A stretch of DNA of 64,000 nucleotides from Marsupella aquatica (lineage: Eukaryota > Plantae > Marchantiophyta), in contig OZ316894.1 in the NCBI GenBank assembly GCA_973895155.1, positions 25,232,709 through 25,296,708 of the forward strand, in the 5' to 3' direction. The translations under genes were made by a program, and so were the position numbers. The notes under the pieces were generated by a model, which was given only the letters and a program-made list of their open reading frames with translations, was not told where the DNA came from and did not search any database. Every line of letters begins with the position of its first letter. Positions within the stretch are counted from its first letter, which is position 1. Below are positions 1 through 12,700 of this stretch, piece after piece.

Positions 1-297
1 TTCAGATTCTTCTTTAAGGCGTCAGAGAAAGACTGGAGACATTTCGCCTCGCCCACAAACGAGTAAACGGTTCGAATTTGAGAAATGGCCTGCACTGACC
101 AACAATTGTTTGATGCTAAGTACGTGTTCAGAATGTCGTTTCGCAGGAGGATCCAAAAAGAGCAAATAAACCTGCCTGCTGGTGACACGATATACGACAG
201 TCAATTGAATATCCGATGACAAGCTGTTGCCGTATAGTTTTTGCGAGCTTTAGCAGAAAACAAGCTAGATCTCACTACCGGAAGGATCAAAATGTAC

Positions 298-1869
298 CTG
301 TTCTGCAATGCTTCCTGCTTCTGAGTAGGCAGATGCAGCTTGAGAAGTCAAACGAGTGAGATAATAAATCCAAACACCGGCCACCAATCCGATTGGCGGG
401 ATGACAGCAAGGGTCAAAACTGCAATTCGCCACTGAATTTGGAGTGCAACGACGAAGCTCGCGACAAAAGTCGTAAAGTAGTGTATGGTGCTACCAGTCT
501 GCGTACATGTAGACATAAACCAAATCGAATGAATCTGGTAACATTTTATCATCATCTACAACTAAGGCAGTAATGATCTGAACACATGGTTTACTTCTAA
601 ACCGCAAGCTCATGTGGCTCGAATCCGACTTTGAAAAGTAAAGTGGACTCCACCTTTTCGCCGATTGCGTCCTGCACCAGGACGGGATCACAAGCTATGC
701 TGTTCACAAAGTCTCCTGTGCTGGCATCAGTGTCAAAATATGATACATCTTGTCGCAGCAAAGCTTGAAGGTACTTGATCCTCAGTTTCGCTGACTGCCT
801 CTCTCCAGTTTGGATCCAAAGCGATACCTCTGTATAATATACGACATAGATTTGTGCAAGACATTAGACGATCGTGTTCTAACTCCCACGAAAAACCCCG
901 TTAGATATAGTCACATAAATCTGGAGCTTTATTAGACAGGAGAACATTCCCAAAACTAATTTGGGGTAGGTTTAGAGTATGATTGTGACAGTACGTAGGG
1001 CATGGTGTCGAGATTGTACCAAGCCATGACGACAAAATGGCAGCCAGACCAATCAATTCAAAGTATACTGCATACTGCACACGACGCGGAAATGGTCAGC
1101 ACCAGATTTACACTTGACTAGTGACTGTTTAGGAGCAGATGCAGAGAACAGTGTCTGACAACAGTACTCCCAGTCTTCTGCTGGACTAGTTACCACTTAA
1201 ATTTCATTACTCTTACTGCTTCAACAAAGAGCGTCATATTAATTTCGAGATTAAGTTATGGCAGTTTTGCAAGAGTCGCGGTTGGAATCAAAATGGCGAT
1301 CCGTGATAGTTTATTTGTGTACATATATAAGCACTCCCTGAAGGACAGAGGAGAGTTTTCTATTATGGAACTTGGAACATGCATAATTGGGAGCCACAGC
1401 AAGATACACAGTTTCATAGATCTTATATATGGGTGCATTCCTATCAGAAGAAAATGAGGGCATATTGCTTTTACTCTTAGTACTGCTTCCTTTCTTGTCA
1501 CATATTCTTTCCATGTTCTGAGATACTGGAATGCTGTACCTTATCCACTGTCTGCATCAGGTTGGCCTGGCCTAGTCCAATCGCATTTAGAAATTTCCCG
1601 AAATACCATAGTAGCAAGGGAAGAGTCAGTCCATGAACAATCCCACCGATGGTTCCGAAAAACATCAACACGTAATCGTACTTGTCAGCGAAGGAGTACA
1701 ACTGTGTGAAAGACACCATCCCCTGATCAGCATCCTGAGTACTGTCAACAGGAAGGGGCGGGCCATCATCTCCGCCGGTCTCGTTCCCAATCTTCGCCAG
1801 AGCTTTCTGGCTTCCCATCCAGGTCACTTCTTCGGTCCCAATCTTCGTCAGAGCTTTCGGGCTTCCCAT
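298..1869 (-). CDS. ABCB: ABCB (MDR/P-glycoprotein) transporter copy 1, 5' part only (TMD1 exons); gene runs off the window start
   Basis: Exons ~1869-1540 ([29 protein letters not shown]), 1074-1020, ~830-652 ([27 protein letters not shown]) and ~498-298 ([14 protein letters not shown]). GT-AG borders match copies 2 and 3. Start uncertain; the first in-frame ATG is at 1869. Confidence 0.88.
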
Positions 1870-1891
1870 CCAAGTCACTTCTTCGGTCCCA
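1786..1891. repeat. 51-bp in-frame tandem duplication at the ABCB copy 1 N-terminus
   Basis: CCCAATCTTCG(C/T)CAGAGCTTTC...CTTCGGT occurs twice, encoding GTEEVTWMGS(P/Q)KAL twice. Confidence 0.85.
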
Positions 1892-3586
1892 TTTCCACTC
1901 TTGTCATGTTGACTGCGTTTGGTGATTCCTTTGGGACATAGTTGCAACTCCTCTGGAATCACGCTGTCTCGCTTAAACAGCGAATAGAATGTCAGCGCCG
2001 GAATTGAGAGCTATCCAGTACAGCACTAATTCAGGGGGTGAACGTCTCCGACGCACCAACTGTAATTATATAATTGCAAGCAGATGCCCTACTCTGAAGC
2101 TGGTTGTGCTTCTCATAAATCGATACTTGCTGTTGAATGTGCTTCAATTGAACTGACTCGAGCGAGATATCTGACTGACGACGACATTCCCCAGTATGGA
2201 TCAGAAACCAACATGGGTACAAGTCTCCCGGATAGACGAAGAAGATCGACCAGTCCCAGTAACTATGAGAACTCACACCAGTACGTTGGCTCCGTTACAC
2301 GTACGTACCATGCCTGTAGATTCAGCTGGAACAGAAGTTGTGGAGATTGATGTGTTCCAATTTTGTTTTCTGTTGAAAGGCTAAAGATTGAGGATCAGCC
2401 ACTGTTTGTTCAGCAATTCTGACTGATCGATGAAGACATGCCCCAGCATCGATCAGAAACGGACATGAGTTGTTCCGTTATACTCCCAGGAAGCCAAACG
2501 AAGGAGGCATGCCCCACTATCTGACACTGACATTCTGAGTTGGCTTCATTGATAAGTAGACTAAGCTGGAGAGCGGTGATTCATTGTGTTCCAAGCTCTT
2601 TCTATTTAAATCTGAAAGAGGACTAGTCTACGGGTGGTTCCGTAATTCTTGGCTCGTGTATCAATTATTGCTGACTGGCACTTCTAGGTGCATGGGACTT
2701 GGCGTGTGTGGTCATATTGGATCTTCAATTGGAGTTGTGTTCCTGCAGGCCAAACGAGGCAATTTTAAGCATTTCCCCAGAAGTAAAACGCACGAGGTCC
2801 ACATTTTCCTCTATGGCTCCGTCATCAGACCTGTACAGCTAAGCCAAGAATTGTACATTCAAGTTTGTAAATACGTAAACGTCCAGTTCTTAATGTTTGT
2901 CGGATACCCCAATGGGAGCCGACTAACTTTACTTGGTTATAGTGTATAAAAGTGGAGAAGCTGAAAATCCCGAGGTAGGCCATGTAAAGACTATCTAAGC
3001 TTTCCTTTTGAGATATTCCTTCGTCGACTAGTCAAGTGTTTTCCTTCTAACAGAATGAGGCATAGATTGAGGGAAGGTGTGCTTCGAGGCAAGCAGGTAA
3101 CCCATTCAAGATTAGTTACTCTTTCTTGGTTTTTAGTGATTTCCTTTTGTTCACTTCTTTTAGTTCCTCTTTCTTGGTTTTTAGGGGTTTACTTTTGCAT
3201 TTCGTTTTGTCCACTTGGGACCTCTCTTGTTTATTCTTTTGTACTCTATTTGGCCCTTTTCTGTAAAAATTATGTGTTTTTCATTCAAGATGAAACAAAA
3301 CTGAAACAGCTCCCAAAGCCCAGAGTAAGAGGATGGTAGGAGGAGGAATCACCATAGAAGCCGATCACCATAGAAGCCGAGTGAACGTAGATGGCCCATT
3401 TTACATCACCTCTGGCCCATTTGTGTGGTGCGCAGCTCTTCAGACCCTGGACTCCTCGTTGCAAAATAGTTAGTCAAATTAGCCTAAGCCCCATTTTAAA
3501 TACCTAGAGGTGATATTTTCTTTGGGCAAGAGTTAAAACAAAAGCCCAGGTGGACGGAGACATTGTCTGTGCCCATCCCCATATAG

Positions 3587-5502
3587 CATACTCATCCTGG
3601 AACATGCTTTATTTTGTTGTCTTGTAGCGATGTGAAAGTAAATAAAATATGAGAGCATAGAAGTGCTGTTTTATAAGTAAAGTGTCTGCCAAGGAAAGCA
3701 CAGTGACCGGGAAAAGGTACAGTCAAACGTGTGTGCACTTAACTCAAGGTGCCTTATGAATGACACTCCTTTCAATAAAAACCATAAACCTAGGAAAGAA
3801 AAACATGAGGAGAACTTAAGACTGAGGCTATGCATTCATGTTCTTCAGCATCATTTCTCTCACTAGTGGTGGTGGAGCCTTTGGTAACTTCATCTCTAAG
3901 AAAACACATACTGTGAAAGGGGGCTGCCAAAATAATTTCAAAACACTCTAGAATACCTAAAAACATACTCATCCTGGAACATGCTTTATTTTTGTCTTGT
4001 AGTGATGTGAAAGTAAATAAAACATGAAAACATAGAAGTGCTGTTATATAAGTAAAGTGTCTGCCAAGGAAAGCACAGTGACCAAGAAAAGGTACAGTCA
4101 AACGATGCTACGATGTGTGCACTTAACTCAGGGTGCCTTATGAATGACACTCCTTTCAATAAAAACAATAAACCTAGGAAAGAAAACATGAGGAGAACTT
4201 CAGACTAAGGCTATGCATTCATGTTCTTCAGCATCATTTCTCTCACTAGTGGTGGTGGAGCCTTTGGTAACTTCATCTCTAAGAAAACACATACTGTGAA
4301 ATGGGGCTGCCAAAATAAGTTCAAAACACTCTAGAATACCTAAATTAAAGCATACTCATCTTGGAACATGCTTTATTTTTTGTCTTGTAGTGATGTGAAA
4401 GTAAATAAAACATGAGAGCATAGAAGTGCTGTTATATAAGTAAAGTGTCTGCCAAGGAAAGCACAGTGACCAGGAAAAGGTACAGTCAAACGATACTACG
4501 ATGTGTGCACTTAACTCAAGGTGCCTTATGAATGACACTCCTTTCAATAAAAACCATAAACCTAGGAAAGAAAAACATGAGGAGAACTTAAGACTGAGGC
4601 TATGCATTCATGTTCTTCAGCATCATTTCTCTCACTAGTGGTGGTGGAGCCTTTGGTTTCATCCATAAGAAAACACATACTGTGAAAGGGGGCTGCCAAA
4701 ATAATTTCAAAACACTCTAGAATACCTAAAAGCATACTCATCCTGGAACATGCTTTATTTTTTGTCTTGTAATGATGTGAAAGTAAATAAAACATGAGAG
4801 CATAGAAGTGCTGTTATATAAGTAAAGTGTCTGCCAAGGAAAGCACAGTGACCAAGAAAAGGTACAGTCAAACGATGCTACTATGTGTGCACTCAACACA
4901 GGGTGCCTTATGAATGACACTCCTTTCAATAAAAACCATAAACCTAGGAAAGAAAAACATGATGAGAACTTAAGACTGAGGCTATGCATTCATGTTCTTC
5001 AGTATCAATTCTCTCACTAGTGGTGGTGGAGCCTTTGGTTTCATCTCTAAGAAAACACATACTGTGAAAGGGGCTGCCAAAATAAGTTCAAAACACTCGA
5101 GAATACCTAAAAGCATACTGGCATCATGGAACATGCTTTACTTTTTGTCTTGTAGTGATGTGAAAGTAAATAAAACATGAGAGCATAGAAGTGTTGTTAT
5201 ATAAGTAAAGTGTCTGCCAAGGAAAGCACAGTGACCAAGAAAAGGTACAGTCAAATGATGCTATGATGTGTGCACTTAACTCAGGGTGCCTTATGAATGA
5301 CACTCCTTTCAATAAAAACCATATTATTAAACCTAGGAAAGAAAAACATGAGGAGAACTTAAGAGTGAGGCTATGCATTCATGTTCTTCAACATCATTTC
5401 TCTCACTAGTGGTGGTGGAGCCTTTGGTTTCATCTCTAAGAAAACACATAGTGTGAAAGGGGGCTGCCAAAATAACTTCAAAACACTCTAGAATACCTAA
5501 AA
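3587..5502. repeat. Tandem array of 5 copies of a ~380-bp unit
   Basis: CATACT(C/G)..C(C/T)TGGAACATGCTTTA recurs at ~3587, 3964, 4351, 4733 and 5114; the short ORFs in the track repeat accordingly. Confidence 0.95.
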
Positions 5503-8500
5503 CTAAAGGGGTGTAAAAATTAATTAAAGAATGTATAGAATACAAAGGCTGCCCCTTGATAAGGCAGATTGAAATGAAAATACATGACACAAAAATCTGA
5601 ATAAGACAAAATCTGCAATGTGCATTCACCATATAGCAGCTTCAACAATTTCATAGTTTAGAACCCATAGACTCCATAGAGCAATTGTTGCTTTTATAGC
5701 GAAAAGGAATGGGTCAGTCACTCATCACAGTTGACGACTTTGATTACCTTGGGGAGAAAGTAGTCAAGGCATCATGGTGATCGTGAGTTTTGGCATGACA
5801 TCTTGACGTCTTTCAGGCTCAAGGTAGTCAAGTCGTCAAGCCACCCAAGAAACCGGTTTGGTAGTGCAATTGAAACCGGCTGCAAACTGTAAGGAGACTC
5901 TTTACAAGTCACATTTCAGTCAAAAATGTAAATAGTGTCTGAGTCAGTTTAAATGTTCTGAGTAAGTCCATGGAAGCTTGCCAGTCCATCTGAGCTTCAT
6001 AGACAAAGTAGGGTCCATTTGGGCTTTACTTTCGGTGTGAGGTCCATGGAATCCCTTCATATTTTACTTAAAGAAACCAGGCACATTTTACTTATGTCTC
6101 TGAGTCATGGGCAGTTATGTTGGAGCAGAATGAGACAACCAGAAAGACGGAAAGAGAACTTACAAAATGAGACAACGTTGAGTTCACAGCTCTGCCCCAA
6201 ACCTCAACCAGACTTTCATGAGTTGATCCGTGTTGGTGCAAGATGCAAGAATTTAAATCACTAATTTTTTGACATGATCATCCTTCATTTCACCCTGTTC
6301 TTTATTGTATGACTCTAAGACAGTTAAGGAGTTGGTAAGGGCTTGTGATGATACTTACGAGAGCTCTTTATTGTATAAACTAAAACTGTAGGGGAGCTGG
6401 CAAGGGCTTCTCAGGATATTTTGAGAGAGCTCAAGACAGGGGATGGGTAATTTGAAAGCCCCTGAGTGGGCAGACAGAAGGGCTGAAATGGCACACTATG
6501 AAACCCACAGGAGAGGCATGTCAACCAAGGTCTGGATCTCACAACACCCTTGTTTGTTCTGAACCAAACACAAAGAGACAATCATGGTCTCCATAATTGA
6601 GTTGCCCTAGGAGAATTTCCACCCATGGCCTCCATTCATGTATGTCCAGCATTGGGCAGACTACCAAGTATTTTGGGCAGCCAGCATCCAGGGGGAGAAC
6701 TGTGCAGTGTGGGCTCCCCACCCATACCCTACACACATTCCACTGAGTCCGTTTGGGAGTACGGGACCATGGATGGTTTGACATCTTTGACAGCTGACCT
6801 CACTCCAGCACAGACACAATCCAAAAATCAGAAACCTTCAGTCAGGATGGTGGGCATTTGCCTGGTGCTCTGTCTGGCTGCTTCTGGAGCCCTTGACTGC
6901 CAACCCAGAAAGTTGAATTTGGCAGGGCAGCAATTGACCTTGGTGATATAGAACCAGGCACAGTGGACTTCATTTGTTTGGATGGTGGGCTGACAACACC
7001 ATTTTTGCAATGGACCCCTATTTCCTGGAAGGGTGGGAATTCTCTGATACATCATTTACCACTCAAGCTCTTGAATGCTCTTGAAGTGGTAGGGAGTTTC
7101 AAAGCTTCATAGTTAGGGCTGATGGCTTCGGGGCCATAATTTTTTCACAAGGTTCTCTACAAGTTTTTTTTTTTCTACTAGCCTCTATAGTGACTTATGG
7201 TTATGGCATATGACCAATCTTTATTGCAAAAAACTATGGATCATGAATTTGGTAATCCATAACTATTACCCTTCAGAAATGAAAATGGAAGCAGAATCAA
7301 AGTTTTGAGACCCCCACTGGAATACAATAAATGGGGTGGAGTGGCCCACTGATCTAGGAGCAGCATTTTATGCAGCCAATCAAGGCTATCGATACTTCCC
7401 CAACAAGCTTCCAGTGGAGAATGGAATGGGAATCCAGTGAACAGGTAATAATCATAATCTGCAACTTGCAGACTCTGAAGTATTCCAACCTCTGAATGGA
7501 TTTTAACACTAAAGAGATTCTCTTTCCATTTTCAATTCTAGAGAGTAATAGGGCATGTCAAGACAACGCCCCATAAGTGAGGGGCATGTCAAAACAGCGC
7601 CCCATAAGGGAGATAGGGGCAAGTTCCATTTTCTGGAGTGTATTAGGGAGTGTCAAAACATGGCCATAAGTGAGATATGGGCAAGGACAAATTTTCTAAT
7701 GGCATTGACAGATACCTTCTGTTATATGACAAACTTTGCTTGTGGGCGTGTGATTTGTTCCATGACAAACTTTGTTTGTGGGCATGATTTGACACACCCT
7801 ACTAGGGCTTGTCAAAGTTCAGCCATAAGAAAAGTCTCATAGCTAAAAATATCTGGGACATAAAATTTCTGCAGGGCCTGATTAGGTAGCTCACAAGGAG
7901 TTATCTCAGTTTTATGTGCTTGGCTCTGTACCTCCTTCATGGCGCAGTTTTGACACCACTACTAATAACAAGGCAACAAATGTATCCAGACTACAGTGTA
8001 ACTTTCTAGTCTCACCTGATGCTGTCGGCCATCACGAGGCGTCAATATGGATCGAAGAGCAAAGCTGCTGTCAATCGTCCTTTCCAGTCGCACCTGCAAT
8101 GTCTAGCAAGTACTGTAATAAAACACCAACCGTGAGATAAATGTGTACAGAACTCGGAACTCGATGAACAGACTACGTAAGCGGATCGATGTGTCAAACT
8201 TAGCACCGCCCTTGGTGGTGCTTTTATTGCTGAAATCGAGCTCGCAATGATGCAACGAGACGAGTTGAAGGTCCGTGATCACCTTGCCTCTTCGTCTCTC
8301 CTACTACAATAATCTATGAACATTCACTGCCCCACAAACGCAGCAGCCCAAACAAAGTTTAAGACCTTTCAAATCTAGATAACAAAACCGGCCCACAGAG
8401 TTCGAAAGCCATAGCTACATCGAGTCTATGCAGGACGCTCGGTGGTACTTCAGAGCATGAAATCGTGGTGATGTGCGAGTACAGCAGCAATTTGCAAAGA

Positions 8501-9706
8501 GTGCAGTGCGAGGTGAGATTTGCTCGATTTGCAACTGCCAGCAGCTGTTGGACAGACAGTCCTCGACAGTCCAACGAAGTCATTGCCGGAACTCTCCATT
8601 CTGCAGCTCGATCGCGAGAGAGGATCAACAATTATAGGTGTCGATGTCGGTGAATAAAGTTGTTGTCATCTAGATATGAGTGAACTTACTTTCAATCGCG
8701 ATCGTGATCCTCCTAGGACCCACGGGCGAGAGTTACAGGTTGCTAGAGGAGGACGGAAAGGAGTTCCTATCCTGAGTATATGCCTCCTTTCTTGATGGAA
8801 ACCGGACCAATGGAGACGTTACTTTTGGCTGAGTAATTCGTCAGCCCGAGCGTTAGCCAAGAGGAACTACCCGAGTTGGATTCCCTGCCGTAGCCTTACT
8901 ATTCAGGTTCTCGATCGTTTCCTCAAGAGAAAACGTTTCAACGAGGTCGAAGTTCATGACGTTTGCCTTTCCCCAAATCTTGTAATGTTGCACGTTGTTT
9001 GGGGATGCTTTCGAGACAATCTTACGATCTAATGGCAGTGGCTTAAAACTTTGGCGGTGCAACAAATAATCATGATAACTCAGGGCATAGTCAATCTCAT
9101 GATGTAGACCGGAGAATGTCACAGAGTACAGGTATCACCTCGACCACGACCAGAAATCATAACTCTGAGCACAGCAGTGACCATTGAATGTCTCGAGGCC
9201 AAAGCGAGCCAGTATGTCAATCTTATGCCTTCATACTTTCCAGACCCTTGATTGGGATACCAGGCAGCGAGGCCGGCATCTTCTTGTCTCTCTCACTACT
9301 GATTCCATCATACGACGTCAACCACATTGGGAGGAACGAAAATTCTCATGCCAGAAGCTACGAGTTACGAGAAATCCGGAGAATTGATGGGTAGACATCA
9401 ATTTCGTGCACTCACTCATAGAAAATTTCTCGACAAAACTTCATGGCACTGGTTTTTTAATTCTCGTAATAAGCAATATAAATTGGAGTGGAAGCAACCT
9501 GACAAAGATCTATCAAACAATGGCGTAATAAGTATGGACAAATTTTATAATCGAGCAAGGATTGGGGATTCCAAATGTGAAGATTCCCGGAGCATCGATC
9601 TCCACATGCGGCCAGTCGTGAGAAGGCTCTGCTGGCGCAACAAGCTACCTGTACGACGTCAAGCTACAAGTGACAATTCTGGAATCTTGCAAGTCTAGGT
9701 AATTAA

Positions 9707-12700
9707 TTAGTCGAGCCTGACATGATTTTGAAGTTTGATCAGGCGGGAGTAGGCACCATCTGCATTAAGAAGAACTTCGTGGGAACCTTGCTCTGCGATA
9801 CTACCGTCTTGCACTACAGCTATGGAGTCTGCGCCTCGAATAGTGGAGAGGCGATGGGCCACAATGACCGTCGTTCTCCCTTGCATCAACCGCTCTATTG
9901 CCTCTTGCACAAACTTCTCGGATTCTGCATCCAAGGCAGACGTCGCTTCGTCGAGGAGGAAGATGGTAGGGTCCTTGAGAACAGCACGGGCGATGGCTAC
10001 GCGTTGCTTCTGTCCGCCAGAAAGTTGTACGCCCCGTTCGCCGACCAGTGTCTTGTATCCGTCCGGAAGTGAGCTGATGAAGTTGTGAGCGTTGGCAACT
10101 TTCGCTGCTTCAATCACTTCTGCTTCGCTCGCTCCGGCTTTGCCATAGAGAATGTTTTCATGGATAGTAGTGGAAAACAGGGCTGGTTCCTGCTGCACCA
10201 AAGCAATGTGCTGCCGAAGGAATTGCAAGTTGTAATGCTTGATGTTCCTCCCGTCGATTAGAACCTCCCCGGCTGAAGTATCATAAAACCTTTCGATCAA
10301 GGATATGATGGAGCTTTTGCCGGATCCACTAGCTCCTACCAGAGCAAGACTATGGCCAGATTTGACCTTCAAGTTCATGTTTTTCAACACGATAACGTCA
10401 GGTCTAGAAGGATAGGCCAAAGCAACATTCTTCAGCTGGATGTCTCCCCGAAGCTTCTCTTTCTTCCTGCCTTCAGGATCATCTGGTTCGATCTTTGTCA
10501 TTCGATCCAAAATTAGGAATAATGATGTGAGGGCTTGTCCTCCTTTGACAAAATCTGGTGCGATTGTGATGGCCTCCGCGGCCATAAACGCAGATATGAG
10601 AATGATGAGAAAAGTCTTCATCACAGCCGGGAATGTTGCTTGTCCCGAAGCCACCAGTTTGCCTGAGTACCACAATCCCAACGCAGAGGAAGAGTACAAG
10701 AGGAATTGCGAAACCCCGTATCCGAGTCCAGCCACATGCCCTTCCCGAGAGCTCTGTTTTGCGGGACCTTCTAGTTCCTTGGCGAAAAGAGCTTCGACTT
10801 TTTCCTCTGCACTGAATGCTGCCACGGTTCGGATGTTGCTCACCGCCTCTCCCGCCACTTGAGTTGCTCGCTCGTATGCCTTGGCGTGGTCTTTCGTGAA
10901 ACCTGTGAGGATCCATTGCTGCACATATTCACCACCACCGTCAAGAATGGCTTACTTTCTTCGAGAGCAATGCCACTTGATCGGATCCTTCCGAAGGAGG
11001 TGGTCAGTGCAGAAATGTTCAGCATAGTTGCCAAACAAATGGTGCAGGCGAATTTTCCCAGAATTACATATGGACATTTCTGAATCTGAGTCTATATGCC
11101 CATTCCTCAATACTACTCTTTGTTTTCCCTTCCAGAAGCAAATGTTCGGAATTCAATTGCGCATTCACGTCGGTATGAAACTACTGTATGTTATCAACAG
11201 TCGTACGCAATGATACTCTGTCAAGATACCGACCGAATGGATTCACTCCAGTCATGTTTATCTATCGATTCACTTGGTTACTCGATTCCAACAAATTTAG
11301 AAGCAAACGATATTACGCAAATTCTACATGAACGATGCATTCAGGGAAAGGCAGGACAGGGGCCTGACTCACCTCAAACACATTTGCAGCTATGATCAAG
11401 GGAAATATGCCAACCATAACGAGAGACAATTTCCACTGGAGGATAAAAGCTATCACAAATGCCGCAATTATAGTCGTCAAATTCTGCAAGACAACGGAAG
11501 CTCTGTCTCCAAGAGCAGCTCTCACGGTTGCAGCGTCCGACGCCAGACGAGCTGCCAGCTGACTGCTATTATTATCAGGTTCATCAAACCATCCAACCTC
11601 ATTCCGCAAAATTTCTGCCACATCAACGGAACATTTTCGATCAGAAGAGATTCAAGATCTTGAGGCTCTGCTCCTTCTCCGGTTCTGGCCTTTTCTGGCC
11701 TCGGCTCTCTCGACCTTTGGTCCCTTGGGGTTGATCCCGCTTTTGGGCCCCCCGCGTTGTATGCTGACTTTTTGGAATGGAATTCAATTAGTTTTTTCGA
11801 GGCAAAAAAAAAGAAGAGATTCAAGGTCGTTTGATCGAATTCAAGTGTTCATCAAGCAAAGTTATCAACGCTTCTAATTCGATCTAGTTTTCATCCACAA
11901 ATTCACTGATTGAACCATTCCACAGAAGATGTGATTACAAGAAATGTTCGAATCTACCTCTACGAACCGGCCTCTGTAAATCTAGATATAGAATAGACAG
12001 CTAAAGTAACAATGTCAAATCGATTTGTGATTGATACTCACTGGAAAAAAGTTTTTCTCGAACACCTTTGACAAGCTTTTCTCCCACAACTCCCAGAGAA
12101 AAATGCTGAAGCGTGTGAATAACTAAGGAAGCCCCACCGAGCACCACGAAGAACAAACTGAACTTTTGGATCTGCCTTTGCATATAATTTTGATCTGAAT
12201 TGTAATAATCTGACAGCACAGTGCCCAGGAGCCACGCATTCGTAGGACCCAAGCATCCAGCCGCTATAGATACAACCATAGCCCCCGCGCCATATTTCCA
12301 ATCCGCCTTAGTTATTCCGAAGAGGCGTTTGAGGGATGCTTTTGACACTTTCACTGATTTCTCAGGCGGTTCCTCTAGACGGTATGTTACTTCGTCTCCC
12401 TCTTCAAAACTCATACTCATTGATATTTCTGATGCGCGATCCATGACAAATTCTTTTGATGTAAAGCGAGCGGGAGAAATTGTGTTTGATGTGTTCGCCG
12501 ATATTCTTGTTATGTAGCGAGACGGAGAAAACACGCCTGATATGTACCGTGTGGGAGACGAGTATGAGGCTTCACCATAATGAGGCCCTGCTGATGGTGA
12601 GACCCTGCAGCACCGGAACGAACAAATAGAGGCATCAGAAAACTGATCTCCATGTCTCGTCCAACCAAGAGAACTTCCGCGGACGATAGATTCACAATCT

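Noticed and set aside
3587-5502. Repeated 60-100 aa ORFs, or a CRISPR-like array
   Set aside because: Whole units repeat with no unique spacers, frames are not conserved between copies, and the context is eukaryotic
8280-9400. Possible small gene or pseudogene downstream of ABCB copy 2 (ORF 8853-9122)
   Set aside because: No recognisable domain or consistent exon chain
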